A stretch of DNA of 64,000 nt from Macrostomum lignano. Lineage: Eukaryota. The stretch lies in NCBI GenBank assembly GCA_002269645.1, contig NIVC01000800.1, forward strand, positions 186,001 to 250,000. The letters run 5' to 3'. The notes beneath the pieces were generated by a model, which saw only the letters and a program-made list of their open reading frames with translations, did not search any database and was not told where the DNA came from. The number at the start of each line of letters is the position of its first letter. Position 1 is the stretch's first letter. The position numbers and the translations under genes were made by a program. Shown one piece after another: positions 1-24,589 of this stretch.

Positions 1-35
1 CACCCTGATAATTTCAATCAACTGCCCAGAATGTA

Positions 36-290
36 CGCACTGGGCTGGGGGGACGGAAGGGAGGGGCCGAGAGTGTACACACTCGGCTAGGCTGGGGGAA
101 GGGAGGGAGGGGTTGACACACTGGGCTGGGCTGTGGGAGAGAGAAGGGGTTGAGTGTACACACTAGCCTGGGCTGGGGGACGGGAGGGAGGGGTTGAGGG
201 TGTACATACTGGGGTGGGCTGGGGGGACGGAAGGGAGGGGTTGAGAATGTACGCACTGGCTGGGGGGGCGGAAGGGAGGGGTTGAGAATT
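36..290 (+). repeat. Degenerate G-rich tandem repeat (ctgggctgggggacggaagggagggg), G-quadruplex-prone
   Basis: Several imperfect copies with many GGG runs, seen directly. Confidence 0.75.
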
Positions 291-904
291 TATGGTGAAA
301 ACTTTTGAAGCAAATAACATAATAGCGTAATTAGGATATAATTTACAGTAGTAGCAGGATGTGCACTTCAAAAAAGCATATACGAATACTTTACCATATA
401 TACAGAAGATATACTGCCTGTAAGCTAATGCGAAATAAACATAAACAGAAAAAGTGGAGAGAACATGTACAGATGCAGGTAGATGCTCAGTGCCAAAGGT
501 AGGTTTAATAAGCGACGAACGCAACAGAGAGAGCGAATATTAAAGCATTAATAAAAGGCCATTCAAGCAAAAATTCTTGCTAACCTAACAAGCTATAAAC
601 AAAAAACTAATAACAATTGTGATTAAAAATCGATTTGTACACACGGTTAGAAGTGAAACAAAAGAAACAAATGAGGCCTGGCAAAAAGCGAAAACAAACA
701 CAATTTAACTTCCGCATTTGGTCCACACAAAATAAAAAAACTTGAAACAAAGTATTAAGGTTTCGCTGCACAGAAGCTGACAAATTGAAGTTAAGTGAGT
801 ATGCTTGCATTGAAATAACAGCAGACTTTATTTAGCAGAGCACAAATCAACAAGATGGTCAGATAATGCACCACCTGCGATGGCTCTAACAGCTGCCAAC
901 TGTC

Positions 905-1288
905 ACTGTAACACCCCACAGAAACTATAGAAATGTCACTGTAACACCCCATAGAAACTAGCAATGTCACTGTAACACCCCATAGAAACTAGCAATGTCA
1001 CTGTAACACCCCATAGAAACTAGCAATGTCACTGTAACACCCCATAGAAACTAGCAATGTCACTGTAACACCCCATAGAAACTAGCAATGTCACTGTAAC
1101 ACCCCATAGAAACTAGCAATGTCACTGTAACACCCCAGAGAAACTAGCAATGTCACTGTAACACCCCACAGAAACTAGAAGTCACTGTAACACCCCACAG
1201 AAACTAGAAGTCACTGTAACACCCCAGAGAAACTAGCAATGTCACTGTAACACCCCACAGAAACTATAGAAATGTCACTGTAACACCC
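905..1288. repeat. 31-bp minisatellite (cactgtaacaccccatagaaactagcaatgt) just 3' of the CACHD1 stop
   Basis: About 12 copies; period measured 961 to 992. Confidence 0.95.
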
Positions 1289-1310
1289 AAGCGGTGCCCA
1301 GAAGCCATGC

Positions 1311-13499
<12,189 letters not shown>

Positions 13500-13796
13500 C
13501 AATTGCGCTGGAAATCCTGCAGTTTTATTCAGTGAGAAATAGCCTTTTACTTCGTTTTGATCCTCCATTCTGATTGGCCATATAACTTTACAGTGATCGG
13601 CTATTTTCTGGTTCAAAAGCTTCATTGTCATCTATAAAAATACTTTAAAATGTTGAATTATGATTAACAAATCCAAAAAGCAAGGCTGTGCCCTTTATTA
13701 AGCCAAAAGGTAACAATGTCACTGTTCTAAAGACGACTATTCTTAGACTTTGATGAAAGGAAGAATCAAATATATTGATTTGGGCTTTTTTCTGAA

Positions 13797-14660
13797 TCAA
13801 TCTTGACAAAGACCTCAACTGTCAAATACCTTAGCTTTGTCTCTTCACTTGGAATCATTCTTGACAAAGACCTCAACTGTCAAATACCTTAGCTTTGTCT
13901 CTTCACTTGGAATCATTCTTGACAAAGACCTCAACTGTCAAATACCTTAGCTTTGTCTCTTCACTTGGAATCATTCTCGACAGACCTCAACTGTCAAATA
14001 CCTTAGCTTTGTCTCTTCACTTGGAATCATTCTCGACAAAGACCTCAACTGTCAAATACCTTAGCTTTGTCTCTTCACTTGGAATCATTCTCGACAAAGA
14101 CCTCAACTGTCAAATACCTTAGCTTTGTCTCTTCACTTGGAATCATTCTTGACAAAGACCTCAACTGTCAAATACCTTAGCTTTGTCTCTTCACTTGGAA
14201 TCATTCTCGACAAAGACCTCAACTGTCAAATACCTTAGCTTTGTCTCTTCACTTGGAATCATTCTCGACAAAGACCTCAACTGTCAAATACCTTAGCTTT
14301 GTCTCTTCACTTGGAATCATTCTTGACAAAGACCTCAACTGTCAAATACCTTAGCTTGGTCTCTTCTCTTGGAATCATTCTCGACAAAGACCTCAACTAT
14401 CAAATACCTTACTAAGGTCTCTTCACTTGGAATCATTCTCGACAAAGACCTCAACTGTCAAATACCTTAGCTTGGTCTCTTCTCTTGCAATCATTCTTGA
14501 CAAAGACCTCAACTGTCAAATACCTTAGCTTGGTCTCTTCTCTTGGAATCATTCTTGACAAAGACCTTAACTGTCAAATACCTTAGCTTGGTCTCTTCTC
14601 TTGGAATCATTCTTGACAAAGACCTTAACTGTCAAATACCTTAGCTTGGTCTCTTCTCTA
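13797..14660. repeat. 58-bp tandem repeat upstream of CACHD1 (ttcttgacaaagacctcaactgtcaaataccttagctttgtctcttcacttggaatca)
   Basis: About 15 copies; period 58; internal TTGACA...TGTCAA inverted repeat. Confidence 0.96.
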
Positions 14661-15594
14661 AATGGACTATGGACTGTAAACTATGGACTGCTAACAATGG
14701 ACAACCAACTACCAACTGGGGCATAAAGAAGGCATTATTCTTAGTATTGTGGTCATTGCTGCATTCCATAAGCAACAGTTCCTAGCACTATATAAGTGAG
14801 ATCCCTGAGCCAGGAGACCAACTTTAGCTCAACAACAGAACTATGGAGTGCCTCATCTGAGCAAAAATGTTTTTAAAATCTTCAAGTTCAAACTGTTTGT
14901 GCATTATTTTATATTCCAAAGCAGATATAAATTAAATAACTAACTTGCAGTGCAAATAAAAAAACGGTTAGTGTTTAGTAATGAGATGGCAGGGGGTTGA
15001 CAAAATTTGGGTAGTCATTGGTTATTTGCTACCAATGAGGTAAGGCAGTTTAATCTGAATTTCTGGCTGCATTTAAGTTTGCATATTCAAAGCTAAAAAA
15101 TATTATGCACACTAGGCTGCCATGTCTTTACGATATAAATCATACATGCGCAACCTTGGGAATCACTTGGCCATTTCTATTGGCAACACACACATGTAAG
15201 TCACTATTGGCTGAGAGCAGTCACGTGACTACTATTCCATCCAATAGCGACTTACATGTGTGTGTTGCCAATAGAAACAGCCGAGTGAATCCCAAGGTTG
15301 CACCCAAGCATGATATAAATAATATAATAATGCTTTAACACATGGTGGCCATGTCAATAAAGCCTACATAGTGCTACTAGCTATATCATTCAATATTGAA
15401 TGGGTTTATACTTAGACATAGAAGATGGCTGTGTCTTTACTATAGAATCTTTTTGACATTGGTGATGATGACAGTCTCCTTATTATAAAAATTTAAAGCA
15501 ACATATATATGTGCTTAACATTATACATATAGTAGACATGCCTATACTAAATTAAATTTTTGGGTTTTCTATCAACTGGCAAATGAAACATTTT

Positions 15595-15785
15595 CAGGTA
15601 CTAGATAAAATGCGGATATGGACATGGATATGGACCGGATGCAATGGATAAAACATGGAATATAGAAATAGAAGGTAAAATGCCAAATATGGAAATAGAA
15701 GGTAAAATGTGGATGGCAGAAACAGATGCGGATGTACAACGGATATACTAGTTAAAATGTGGATGAAGAGCAGCGGAAACAAATA
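15595..15785 (+). repeat. Dispersed ~190-bp repeat, copy 1 (inverted relative to 18705-18865)
   Basis: ggtactagataaaatgcggat...gatatactagttaaaatgtggatgaa is the reverse complement of copy 2, with scattered mismatches. Confidence 0.8.
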
Positions 15786-16057
15786 ACCCAGAATTGGTAA
15801 TGGCTAAAAAATTAAACTCCTAAACAATTACCTGAAATTACATATGTATCTTTAGAATATTTTATATCTAACATAAGGTATCTATAGTTACTGATTTATT
15901 TTATTTAAAGTAGTTCATAGTATCTTCTATTGTTATAATGTACTATTTCCTATAAAATTTAAATGTTTAAGCTGCCGCTCTTTGGACCTGATTGAGCTTT
16001 TGAGTTTTGCAATGAAATAAAGTTGAAGGCTGCCATTTGAATTGTAGCTAATCAAGA

Positions 16058-16646
16058 CTCAAGAACCAACATGCTGAAGCAGCACAAACACTTGTGCTAT
16101 CAATTTAATATTGTATTATATATGGAACAGTGGTGTGGCCTTTGTTTGCACCCAGGCTCTGAAGTGTGCTGCATGCCCTGTGATGCTACTTTTTTTTCTA
16201 CCTGACAGCATACTTTGTTGTTGTTGTTGTTGTTATATATAGAAAATAATATATTTTCCCTTGTGAAGATTTATTGATTGACATGACAACATTTCTACGA
16301 TCTGCTCAAAAAGCAAAAGCTTTTATTATTCGAACATTGCTACTTAGGAGGGCACCTATAGCTGTGGCCTTTACTGCATCACATATGCGGTCGCACTGGC
16401 TTGTTGAACAGATCCAGCAAATTGCCAGTTTGATAGACTTAAGATGCCTTGCCATTTAATCCAGTGCTTAGAAGCTACTGACATGTGCAAACTGAAGCTA
16501 CTACTGAAGCTAAAGTAGTAGTTTGAAGGCATTGGCGATTCTCAGTTGATGTCTACTGTGTTTGCTGTAGGCCTTATTTTCCAAACTAAAAATCAATATT
16601 TTGCAATGCATGTGGTGAATGGTTTCATGCTACTTGCTTGGCATAA
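16058..16646 (+). pseudogene. Decayed Ulp1/SENP-like (C48) protease plus PHD-finger module, probably of transposon origin
   Basis: Manual translation: LKNQHAEAAQTLV (16058); GTYSCGLYCITYAVALAC*TDPANCQFDRLKMPCHLIQCLE (from 16351, TGA at 16405); then, in another frame, DVYCVCCRPYFPN*KSIFCNACGEWFHATCL (16548-16646). These match the recalled motifs 'DCGLFAIA..LxxGxDP...FDQxxMRxHLxxCLE' and 'YCxC...MIxCDxCxEWFHxxC'. Confidence 0.7.
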
Positions 16647-18704
16647 ATCATAATGCCTTCAAATGAGCGCAGAGGCGCAGGCTCTTTTATTGTAAGCATT
16701 ATGCCTAAGAATTACCATGCTTTTGCATCTTTATTGGCCTAATTTCCTTTTCTAACAGTATAGTAGAACTACATGTACTAAAGGGCAGACAAGAGCTAAA
16801 TGGGTACAAAAGATTCAAGGAAAAGGTTAGGTTTTTTCTGTGAGCCTTTAAAAGGAATAGTAAATAGTCTTAAGTGTCATGCTATCAAAGATTCTGCTAC
16901 ATTGGGTTTTTTCCATTAACATTAACACATTTACGACGATGCGGCCTTCTGGCAAAACCTTTGATGAATATCTTGATACTCAGAAGATATAGCAATGTAA
17001 TAATATCTTATTGAGGAGTAAAATGGGAAACAAGTTGTTGCGGTGAAGTTTGGTAGTAAATTATTTTTAGTAGCTCAATTTTGCATTAGTATTTGGCATT
17101 TGCATTTACATACATTTAAAGTTATACAAAATATGCATTTACACTCAAACTTGAAATGATGGATAAAGGGTAATTAATTTTAAGACTAAAATCAGCAGAA
17201 AGAATATAGACTATCTAAAATATGAATAATCATATCTGGTTTATGCTTTCTAAATGTTTAAAGTAGATAATAGTATGCAATTCAGTTACAGATGTAGACA
17301 ACGTAGGAAATATGTTAGGGTATTAATTATTTAAGCATTTTGTGTTGTTTTTTGTTTTTTTTCTTGATTTTTTACTTAGTGAGTTTTTGCGATAGAAAGT
17401 TTTAGCTATTATTTCTTTTCATCATGACTGCGTGCACAACTCACCTAACTTTTATCTTTGGTGAGGTCTAAAAATTGCCACTAAATATCTTAACACTATA
17501 ATTTTAAACACTTGTAATGTGTGAAGCATACTCATTTTCGTAATTTTATAATAGTTATGTTACAACTTATTACAATTTTAAATACATAGGTTCAAGTTAA
17601 TAAAAAACTTGATGCTTTTGTTGCAGTGACTTATTTTTCTTTGGTTGTTTGTTAGAGGCATACTAAAAGTAGCCTTTTGTTTGTAAATCTGCTAGAATTC
17701 TTTGTAGCATGCATCCTCATTCTTTTCTCTGGCCATTGAAGGGGGTGAGTTTGTTATATGATTAGCAATGGTAGCAAATTTATGATTACAACTACTACTA
17801 AAATCACCTGTCACTCAGGATTTTCTAAATTTCTTGGAAAATTGGGTTCAAGTGGCAACTACAGCTAGCCAATCTTCTACAAAATAGAATATTAAAAAAA
17901 TAACTACAAGCATATTTTCCAATTGAAACCAATTGAAAAGTTTGATACTTAGCAAAGCTGAGTTGTACCACCTAAAGTAAAACACCAAGTACCTTACAAT
18001 ACATATATTAATTGTATTTGTTGATGCTTGAAACATTACTGCAACAATTATAACAGTATCGCAACAACAATATTATTTCTTGATAAGTGCTGCCGCATAA
18101 TTTGCCAGCTAGGATAAAAGTTATTTCTTTATGTACCCTATTGAAAACTAATAATCTATTGAGCACATTGGTATATCTATTCTCTTGCTGAGCCTGCCTG
18201 CGCGTAATATGCTGGTCCTGATCCTATCTTCGCTGCAATCATCATAGTCACTGTGAGAGTACTTTAAATTGGCTACTAGAATGAAAAAGGAGACAGCTAA
18301 AAGACTTTGAGCTCTAGGCTAGTTCCTAGGCCCATTTAGTCTGAAGGCCTATTTTGACAGTTCTCATGGTTATGTAAGCGAGTTTGCATGACATGATGCA
18401 GCATTTGCTGGCGCGCATTCCTGCTCAGCTATATTACCCAATTTGATTCTGCCTGCTGGTCACCTGCTATCCCTCCTAGCATGAGGACCTTAGCCACTCG
18501 CTACATACTTAGCTAGCTGGGGCTGGCATGCATGCAGTATGCTCATAGGAGTGGCCAAGTGGCGGCCTGAATGCTTATATAAATGGAGATCAGCATTCAG
18601 AGGATACATGTAGAAGTAGAGCTAGAATAGCAATAAAGACCAAATTAACTATAGATGCTAAAAAGTCAGCGCTTATTCTTTGGACCTCCCTGTGGAATGT
18701 TTCT

Positions 18705-18865
18705 GTTTCTGCAGTCCACTGTTCATCCATGTTTTAACTAGTATATCCATTCTGAATCCACATCCATTTCTGCCATCTACATTTTACCTTCTATTTCCGT
18801 ATTCCACGTTTTATCCACTGTATCTAGTCCATATCTGCGTCTGTTTCTGCATTTTATCCGGTACC
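18705..18865 (-). repeat. Dispersed repeat, copy 2 (inverted partner of 15595-15785)
   Basis: ttcatccatgttttaactagtatatcc...gcattttatccggtacc, the reverse complement of copy 1. Confidence 0.8.
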
Positions 18866-19239
18866 ACATTTTCATAGTAGATAACCAAACCAATGAATCT
18901 ATATGTTGCAGATAACTGCTTTAAGCAACCTACCTATCAGCTCTCGAATCTAGATAAGTCTATAGATATAAAGTTGGGTTTGCAACTAACCTTCTTTCTA
19001 AATTTTAATTTATATATTTTAGGTTATATTACATATTACTATAGCCCCCCTATGGCTTATGTAAAGCAAGCATGGCTCTTTCAAAGTATTTCTATCTAAA
19101 TAGTTTTATCTGGCACATTAGAAAAAAGCAGGTGGCAAATGTCAAGCATGCTATTGAATAAAATATTGCCCTAGCAAGGATATACTATACAATGTCTCAT
19201 GAGCTGCCTAATTATACTTGCAATATCCATATATTTCAC

Positions 19240-19524
19240 TACACCTTTTCATACCTTTTTATATTCAATTTTGTCTTTTGATCAAAATTCAAAACCCAGT
19301 TCTAAGAAAAACTAGACAAAATTAAATTAAGACAATTCAGACTGGGGACAATTTTGTCTATGGCTAAACCTTGCTTAGATGGCAGAATGTTTTGAACTCA
19401 TTCGTTTTTATTGATTTTTTGTAAGCATTGCCCTAGCTAGTGGCCTAGTTTGAATTGTCTAAATTGAATTTCCATTAGTTTTTTAGAACTGGACTTTGAT
19501 CAAAATTGAACATGAAAAGGTGTA
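19240..19524. mobile_element. Small palindromic MITE-like element, TA-flanked (Tc1/mariner-type inferred)
   Basis: Begins TACACCTTTTCAT and ends ATGAAAAGGTGTA. Imperfect inverted arms of about 100 bp (ttttgatcaaa, ccagttcta, gacaattc motifs mirrored). Confidence 0.6.
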
Positions 19525-21786
19525 ATTAATAGTATAATGTCTAATATTAATATAATGAGAAAAAGGTTCCTAGTCATTTTGTCATCTGCCATTTTGTCAT
19601 CTGGGTGTCTGGGGTGCTCACCTCAACTTTGGTCACTTCGTCATCTTAATTGTAGCATGCACTACCTAAAGAGAATCATTTTTGTCTTCCACCAATCATA
19701 TTAGTTCCAACTTCAAGTGAATTAATGTGGCAATCAAATATATATTTACTTGGAAATCCTAATGATCCCAGTCATTTTGTCATCTCAATTGATAAAACCT
19801 GTCAATCAATCGGTTTTGCTTGCCGCAGCTTAATAGTTAATAAAAACAAAAAAATGGTTTACACTAACTCTAATCTCACACAGATTATTGGTTGATGAAG
19901 AAGCATCCAGCATAACTAAATATTTGGTCACTTTGTCATAATATTTTACAAGCTACTTTGCTTCTGGTCACTTTGTCATCTGATATGCCGAAATGGAATA
20001 TGACGATCTGACCAGTGACTGAGAAAAAAAGTATTACTTTTAAGCTAGGCCTATTATATTTCTTTCTTGCATATATATCATACGAACTACTCATATAGAG
20101 GATATTAAACTAAGAAATCAAATATTAATTAAATATAATGCTATGAATGATGAGGTAAATTGTTTAGGCTATGGCTAATGCCAATGGCTTTTAAGAAATG
20201 GTTCAAAACTTCAAGTCAAGGTTTATTGATAGGCCTACTATTTATATTGATACGATATAAATTATAAGCACAAAAGATGACTAGGCTAGGCCTATCCTGC
20301 AAAATTGTTTGTTAAGTTCACTGTATGCACATTTTTTAGCTATTGACATGAAACTTTCCAAAAATGAATACTTTAATTATGCCAACATTTTAGAAGTGTT
20401 TAGAAGTGTCCATATTTGTTAGTTCAAGGGCTGGGCGAAACTCTTGAGGTGGCACAATCTACATGTTGGGGCAGAAGGTTGTCCGCCAGCCATTTTTAAT
20501 TAGAAAGCACTTTATTCGCCTATTACAAATATTAAAAATGTATAGGCCTATATTCTACCTATCTAAAAATACAAATTAGCCATACTACCAGGCAAAGTTG
20601 TTCTTTGCAAGCTATTCAGTATAAATTAAAAGCTAGATATTCTAGCAATTAGAACAGAGTTTTTTGTGAGACTTTAAATGAATTTTTTAACTAAAATCAT
20701 AATAACGTCAGTTTTAACTAAAAAAAACAAATTTTCTTTCGGCTATTTAACCGCGTCTATTTTCTAAAACAAGAGTTTCGTAATTTGTTTTACTAAGTAA
20801 TAGTTAAATTCACGGTATATATCGGAATAACGACATAAGTCAATGAACTTACTTACATCGGTCACGCCATACTTTCTAACCCAGCGGCAGTATAATGACG
20901 AAGAAAATTGGTTGAGCCATTTTTGCTAAAATCGATCACATATCTACCTACAGACCAGTTTTAGTATATGGATGTCAGTTTTAGTATAGGCCCTATTGAT
21001 TAGTTAAATAGAGATATGCGAATGATCGACTTAGTAACATACCGAGTCCGAGTGTAAGTTGTGTAACTAGGCCTAATCATACCATGCACCATAAATGAGA
21101 TAGGTGTATTAGATGCAGTACTTTTAGTGATTTTAGTTCAGACCTACCTTGCTCAAAGATGAAAATGAAATCATCTGACTCTGCATGAAACAGTCCAACA
21201 GACAATGTATGATAATTTATATCCTCTAGTAAAATATTTATTAATGACTGGCTTATAGCTGTAATTCATCTTTATCTTGCTAATTATTGAGGCTCTAACT
21301 TGTCTAAAGATAACTAAAGCAATTATATATATGTGCCTTTTTAGGCAATCTCCTAGAATCCTAGTTAATTTGTTGCATTATTTTTTTCTTCATTTTTTTT
21401 ACTTCAAAATTAGCTTTACAAGCTAGGCCCTATATAGCTATACTTTCAGTTTTCTTTTTAAAAAGTTGTTTCCTCTGCTGGCAGATAAAAAGCTGGTGGA
21501 CAAAATGACTGTGCACCCTCTGCAATGGCTAGAAGGCCTAAAGTGAATGCCAACCAGTGGCAAGAGGCAACTACAATCATAATTATCCTTGAAGTCAACC
21601 TAAGGCCAATTTATTGCCAAGCTCATTAATACTGATGTCAACCTATTGAGTTTGCTAGCCTACTAATGGGTAATGGCCAATGAAATGTCAATGTCAATGA
21701 ATAAATACTTTAATGAATATCCATAAAGCCACCTATGGCGATTGTGCAGTTTCCCACTCTAAATTATTTTCACCTTTTTTTTACTT

Positions 21787-22095
21787 GAACTTGCTTTTTT
21801 TCAAAGCTGAACTTGTGGGCAACAGTCAGTTTCTCCTTCGGTCAGAGATACAAAAGAAGTGCTTTTTCTAGATCCACAAACTTCAAAGTCTTGATTTTTT
21901 TGGAGCCACCAGGCTTTCTTATTTCTCAAAGGCACTGAGGGCAAGGCCACATGTAGCCAGGAAATTGTTTGCAATTGCAAAATCGTTGCTTTCATCCTTC
22001 CAGCCTTTTGCACAGGCCAACGCCTAGAAAGCCTTCAGCCAGGTCAGAGCCTGCTTGGGTTTCTCAAGTTGCAACTTGTTCAGCCGCAACGCCAT
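21787..22095 (-). pseudogene. Degenerate Ty3/Gypsy LTR-retrotransposon gag N-terminal fragment
   Basis: Minus-strand translation WLKAF*ALACAKGWKD...NNFLATCGLALSAFEK*ESLVAPKK, then after a frameshift LKFVDLEKALLLYL*PKEKLTVAHKFSF. This resembles the recalled Gypsy gag pattern 'FL..CG..A...L.SLVAP...L.F.EI...L..Y..PK..LVIAER..F'. Multiple stops; no LTRs found. Confidence 0.55.
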
Positions 22096-23912
22096 TGAAG
22101 TGGCTCATGCACTGTCATCAGAACATGGACTCTTCTCCAAAGACTTAGAGCAGCATTAATGCTGATACACTTTAACTTGCTTTGAAACTTGAACTTGCAA
22201 CTTGAACTTGCTTTGAACTTGCAAATATGTGTTGTTACACTTGTTTAATATCTGAAAAGTTAAAAAAAAGGGTGAAAATAATTTAGAACGGGAAACTGCA
22301 CAATTGCCCCACCTGTTTCTATAAAAGGTCTTTTGAAAATTCTTGTTATACTAAGTAGCTTACTATTACTATTAGGGCCTATTTATATTTATATTATATT
22401 ATTAACTTATCTAATACTTATAATAATATGCCAATACAGCTTATTACTTGTAGGCTTATTTTGCCTTTTCCTATATCTCTATGTAAAAAAATTTAATGTA
22501 GTGCTGCAGATTGCCACCTTTTATAGGCAGGCCTAGATATCATGTCTTAAAAAGTAAGGGGCCTAAAGAAAACAAAAATCTACTTCTCCCTTAATCCTAG
22601 TCTTAGGTTATAGATTTTGCATTTACTAGACCTTGGCTTATTTAATGACTTATTTGATGATTTTGATAATTGGGCCTATTTTTACCTATAAAAGTCAAAA
22701 CTCTATCTGTGTGTGTACAAATTACTTTGCCATAGACTTCCAAATTGCTCAACCAAATCCCACCAAATTTTGCACCCACCGTAAATTCACTACTAAAAGT
22801 GTCATAGGCTAAGGCCTACTTTAAAATTTCCTAAATTTGAGTCTTCCTACCTAAAAGTACAAAAAACTGCTCAAAATGCGCAATTTTTTACTAAATCCCC
22901 CATAGCGCCACTCTATTTCTACCAATGCTCTTCAAATTTGACACAATCAATCTTCAACTATTTTGACACAATTGTGTAAAATTTCAAGTTTTATGTTAAT
23001 CCTGAAAGGTGCTATGCACTTTTAAAGTTAGGCTATTTTTTTCAGCAAGGCAGCCACCCCAACCTCTACCCGCCTGCCTGTCTTTCCCAATCTGGGCAAA
23101 AAGTGTGAATAGGTTTTTAAATGCCTAACTTTTGGCTGCCATATTTTTGCTCCACGTGAAGCGATTGACTTCAAATTTGACACAATTCTTCATTGACTCA
23201 TTCTCTATCTAAATGTAAAGTTTCAACTCTGTATCTCAATCAGGATAGAAACTATAAGCATGTGAAGTTTGTCTGCTTTTTCTGTCGTTTGTACTACTCA
23301 CTCACTCATTCCCCCAGCCCAGACAAAGGGTTAGGCGATAGGGATCAATGTACATAGTGAATATACAGTGTTTTGGAATAACTTTTTAATAGCCTCCGCA
23401 CCCTGCGCGTGGAGAGGCTACGTTTAGCCATGACAGTTTAGCGAGAGATTCAAACCAGTGTCCTCTGTATAGACAAGTCTGCAGCAGTTTAACAGTGGAT
23501 AGCAAATCAAGGCGATGTGAGATGGTTTGTAAAAATAGCAAAAAATTAATGAATAACTGATTAGCAGTGTTTACTATGCAATCCTACTAAATTAGTTATA
23601 CCATGAAAATTTTAACATTAAGATTCACATAAGGTACTTTAAAATTTAAATGGCTCCTAAGAAATACATATTTCATTGGTTGTTAGACTGCTTCAGAGTT
23701 GTGGTAAAGCTAGGCTAGAGGGAGATACACAAATTCCTCTCAGGGCTGCTAATTGGCCAGAAATATGATGTGATTAAAGCATAACAACCATGAGAGTAGT
23801 ATTTCCCACAAATGCTTTTGAAGCAGGGATTGGCAGACTTTAACCTTAAATGCCAAATAAAGAATCAAGCTCATGGCTGATGAGATGAGAGTGAAAAGGA
23901 GAAAGAATAGAC

Positions 23913-24581
23913 CCCTATTGGAATAAGTTGACAAAAGGCGGACAACCGTCCATCGCATTTTTGGATTCTCCTGGTGTTGCGTCGCGTGACAGTGGTGTCA
24001 AGTGGTGTGTCGCGTCGTGCGACACTGGAAACCTGGTGTCATCATGCGTCGCATCGCGGCCTGGACCTGTAGCCAAAACCTTGCAAACTGTGTTTTATTG
24101 TAATATGTTCACGGTTGTTTCTCAGTATTTAAATGTTTCAAAAATGTTTGATAATAACAAGTTCTTGAATTGTTCTTTTTTATTTTGACAGTAATGTAAC
24201 TAATACTTCAAATATAATTTTTAGAAATGTTACTTGTTAGTTACAATGTGTGCGCTGTTTTTCTAAGTGTTGTACCTTTGTTATTTTACTGTTTATTGTT
24301 TTTAAATTTCTTTTCTTTTTCTGCAAAATTGAAAGGAATACTCTCGTCCCTCGCCCCATTTTTTTGATGTTGGGAGTGAACAGCAGAATGGGAATTGTCA
24401 ATTGCAACGTGGTTGCTATGGCGTCCTCCCCCCCCCCGGTCATTCGGTCAACAGACATCGGTCTTGCGTCGCGCGTTGCCGCCCCCAGTCAACAAAATTT
24501 GGTGTCGCGTCGCGCTTTTGAGGGCACAATTTTGGCACCCATGTCGCGCATCCGCAGGTTTTTGAACTTATTCCAAAAGGG
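23913..24581. mobile_element. Non-autonomous DNA transposon (MITE), 669 bp, 8-bp TSD
   Basis: TSD GAATAGAC at 23905-23912 and 24582-24589. TIR CCCTATTGGAATAAGTT vs reverse complement CCCTTTTGGAATAAGTT (16/17). Internal gtgtcgcgtcgc motifs. Confidence 0.85.
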
Positions 24582-24589
24582 GAATAGAC

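Noticed and set aside
290-900. Possible small exons of a neighbouring gene (gtacag/ATGCAG/gtag; aaag/gtaggt)
   Set aside because: No coherent reading frame or homology; more likely CACHD1 3' UTR or flank.
18100-18600. Possible LINE reverse-transcriptase C-terminal remnant (FAGAH...LIL)
   Set aside because: Similarity too weak and fragmented to support by eye.
19570-20010. Scattered gtcattttgtcatct / ggtcactttgtcat motifs
   Set aside because: Probably a decayed TE subterminal repeat, but no TIR or TSD could be defined.
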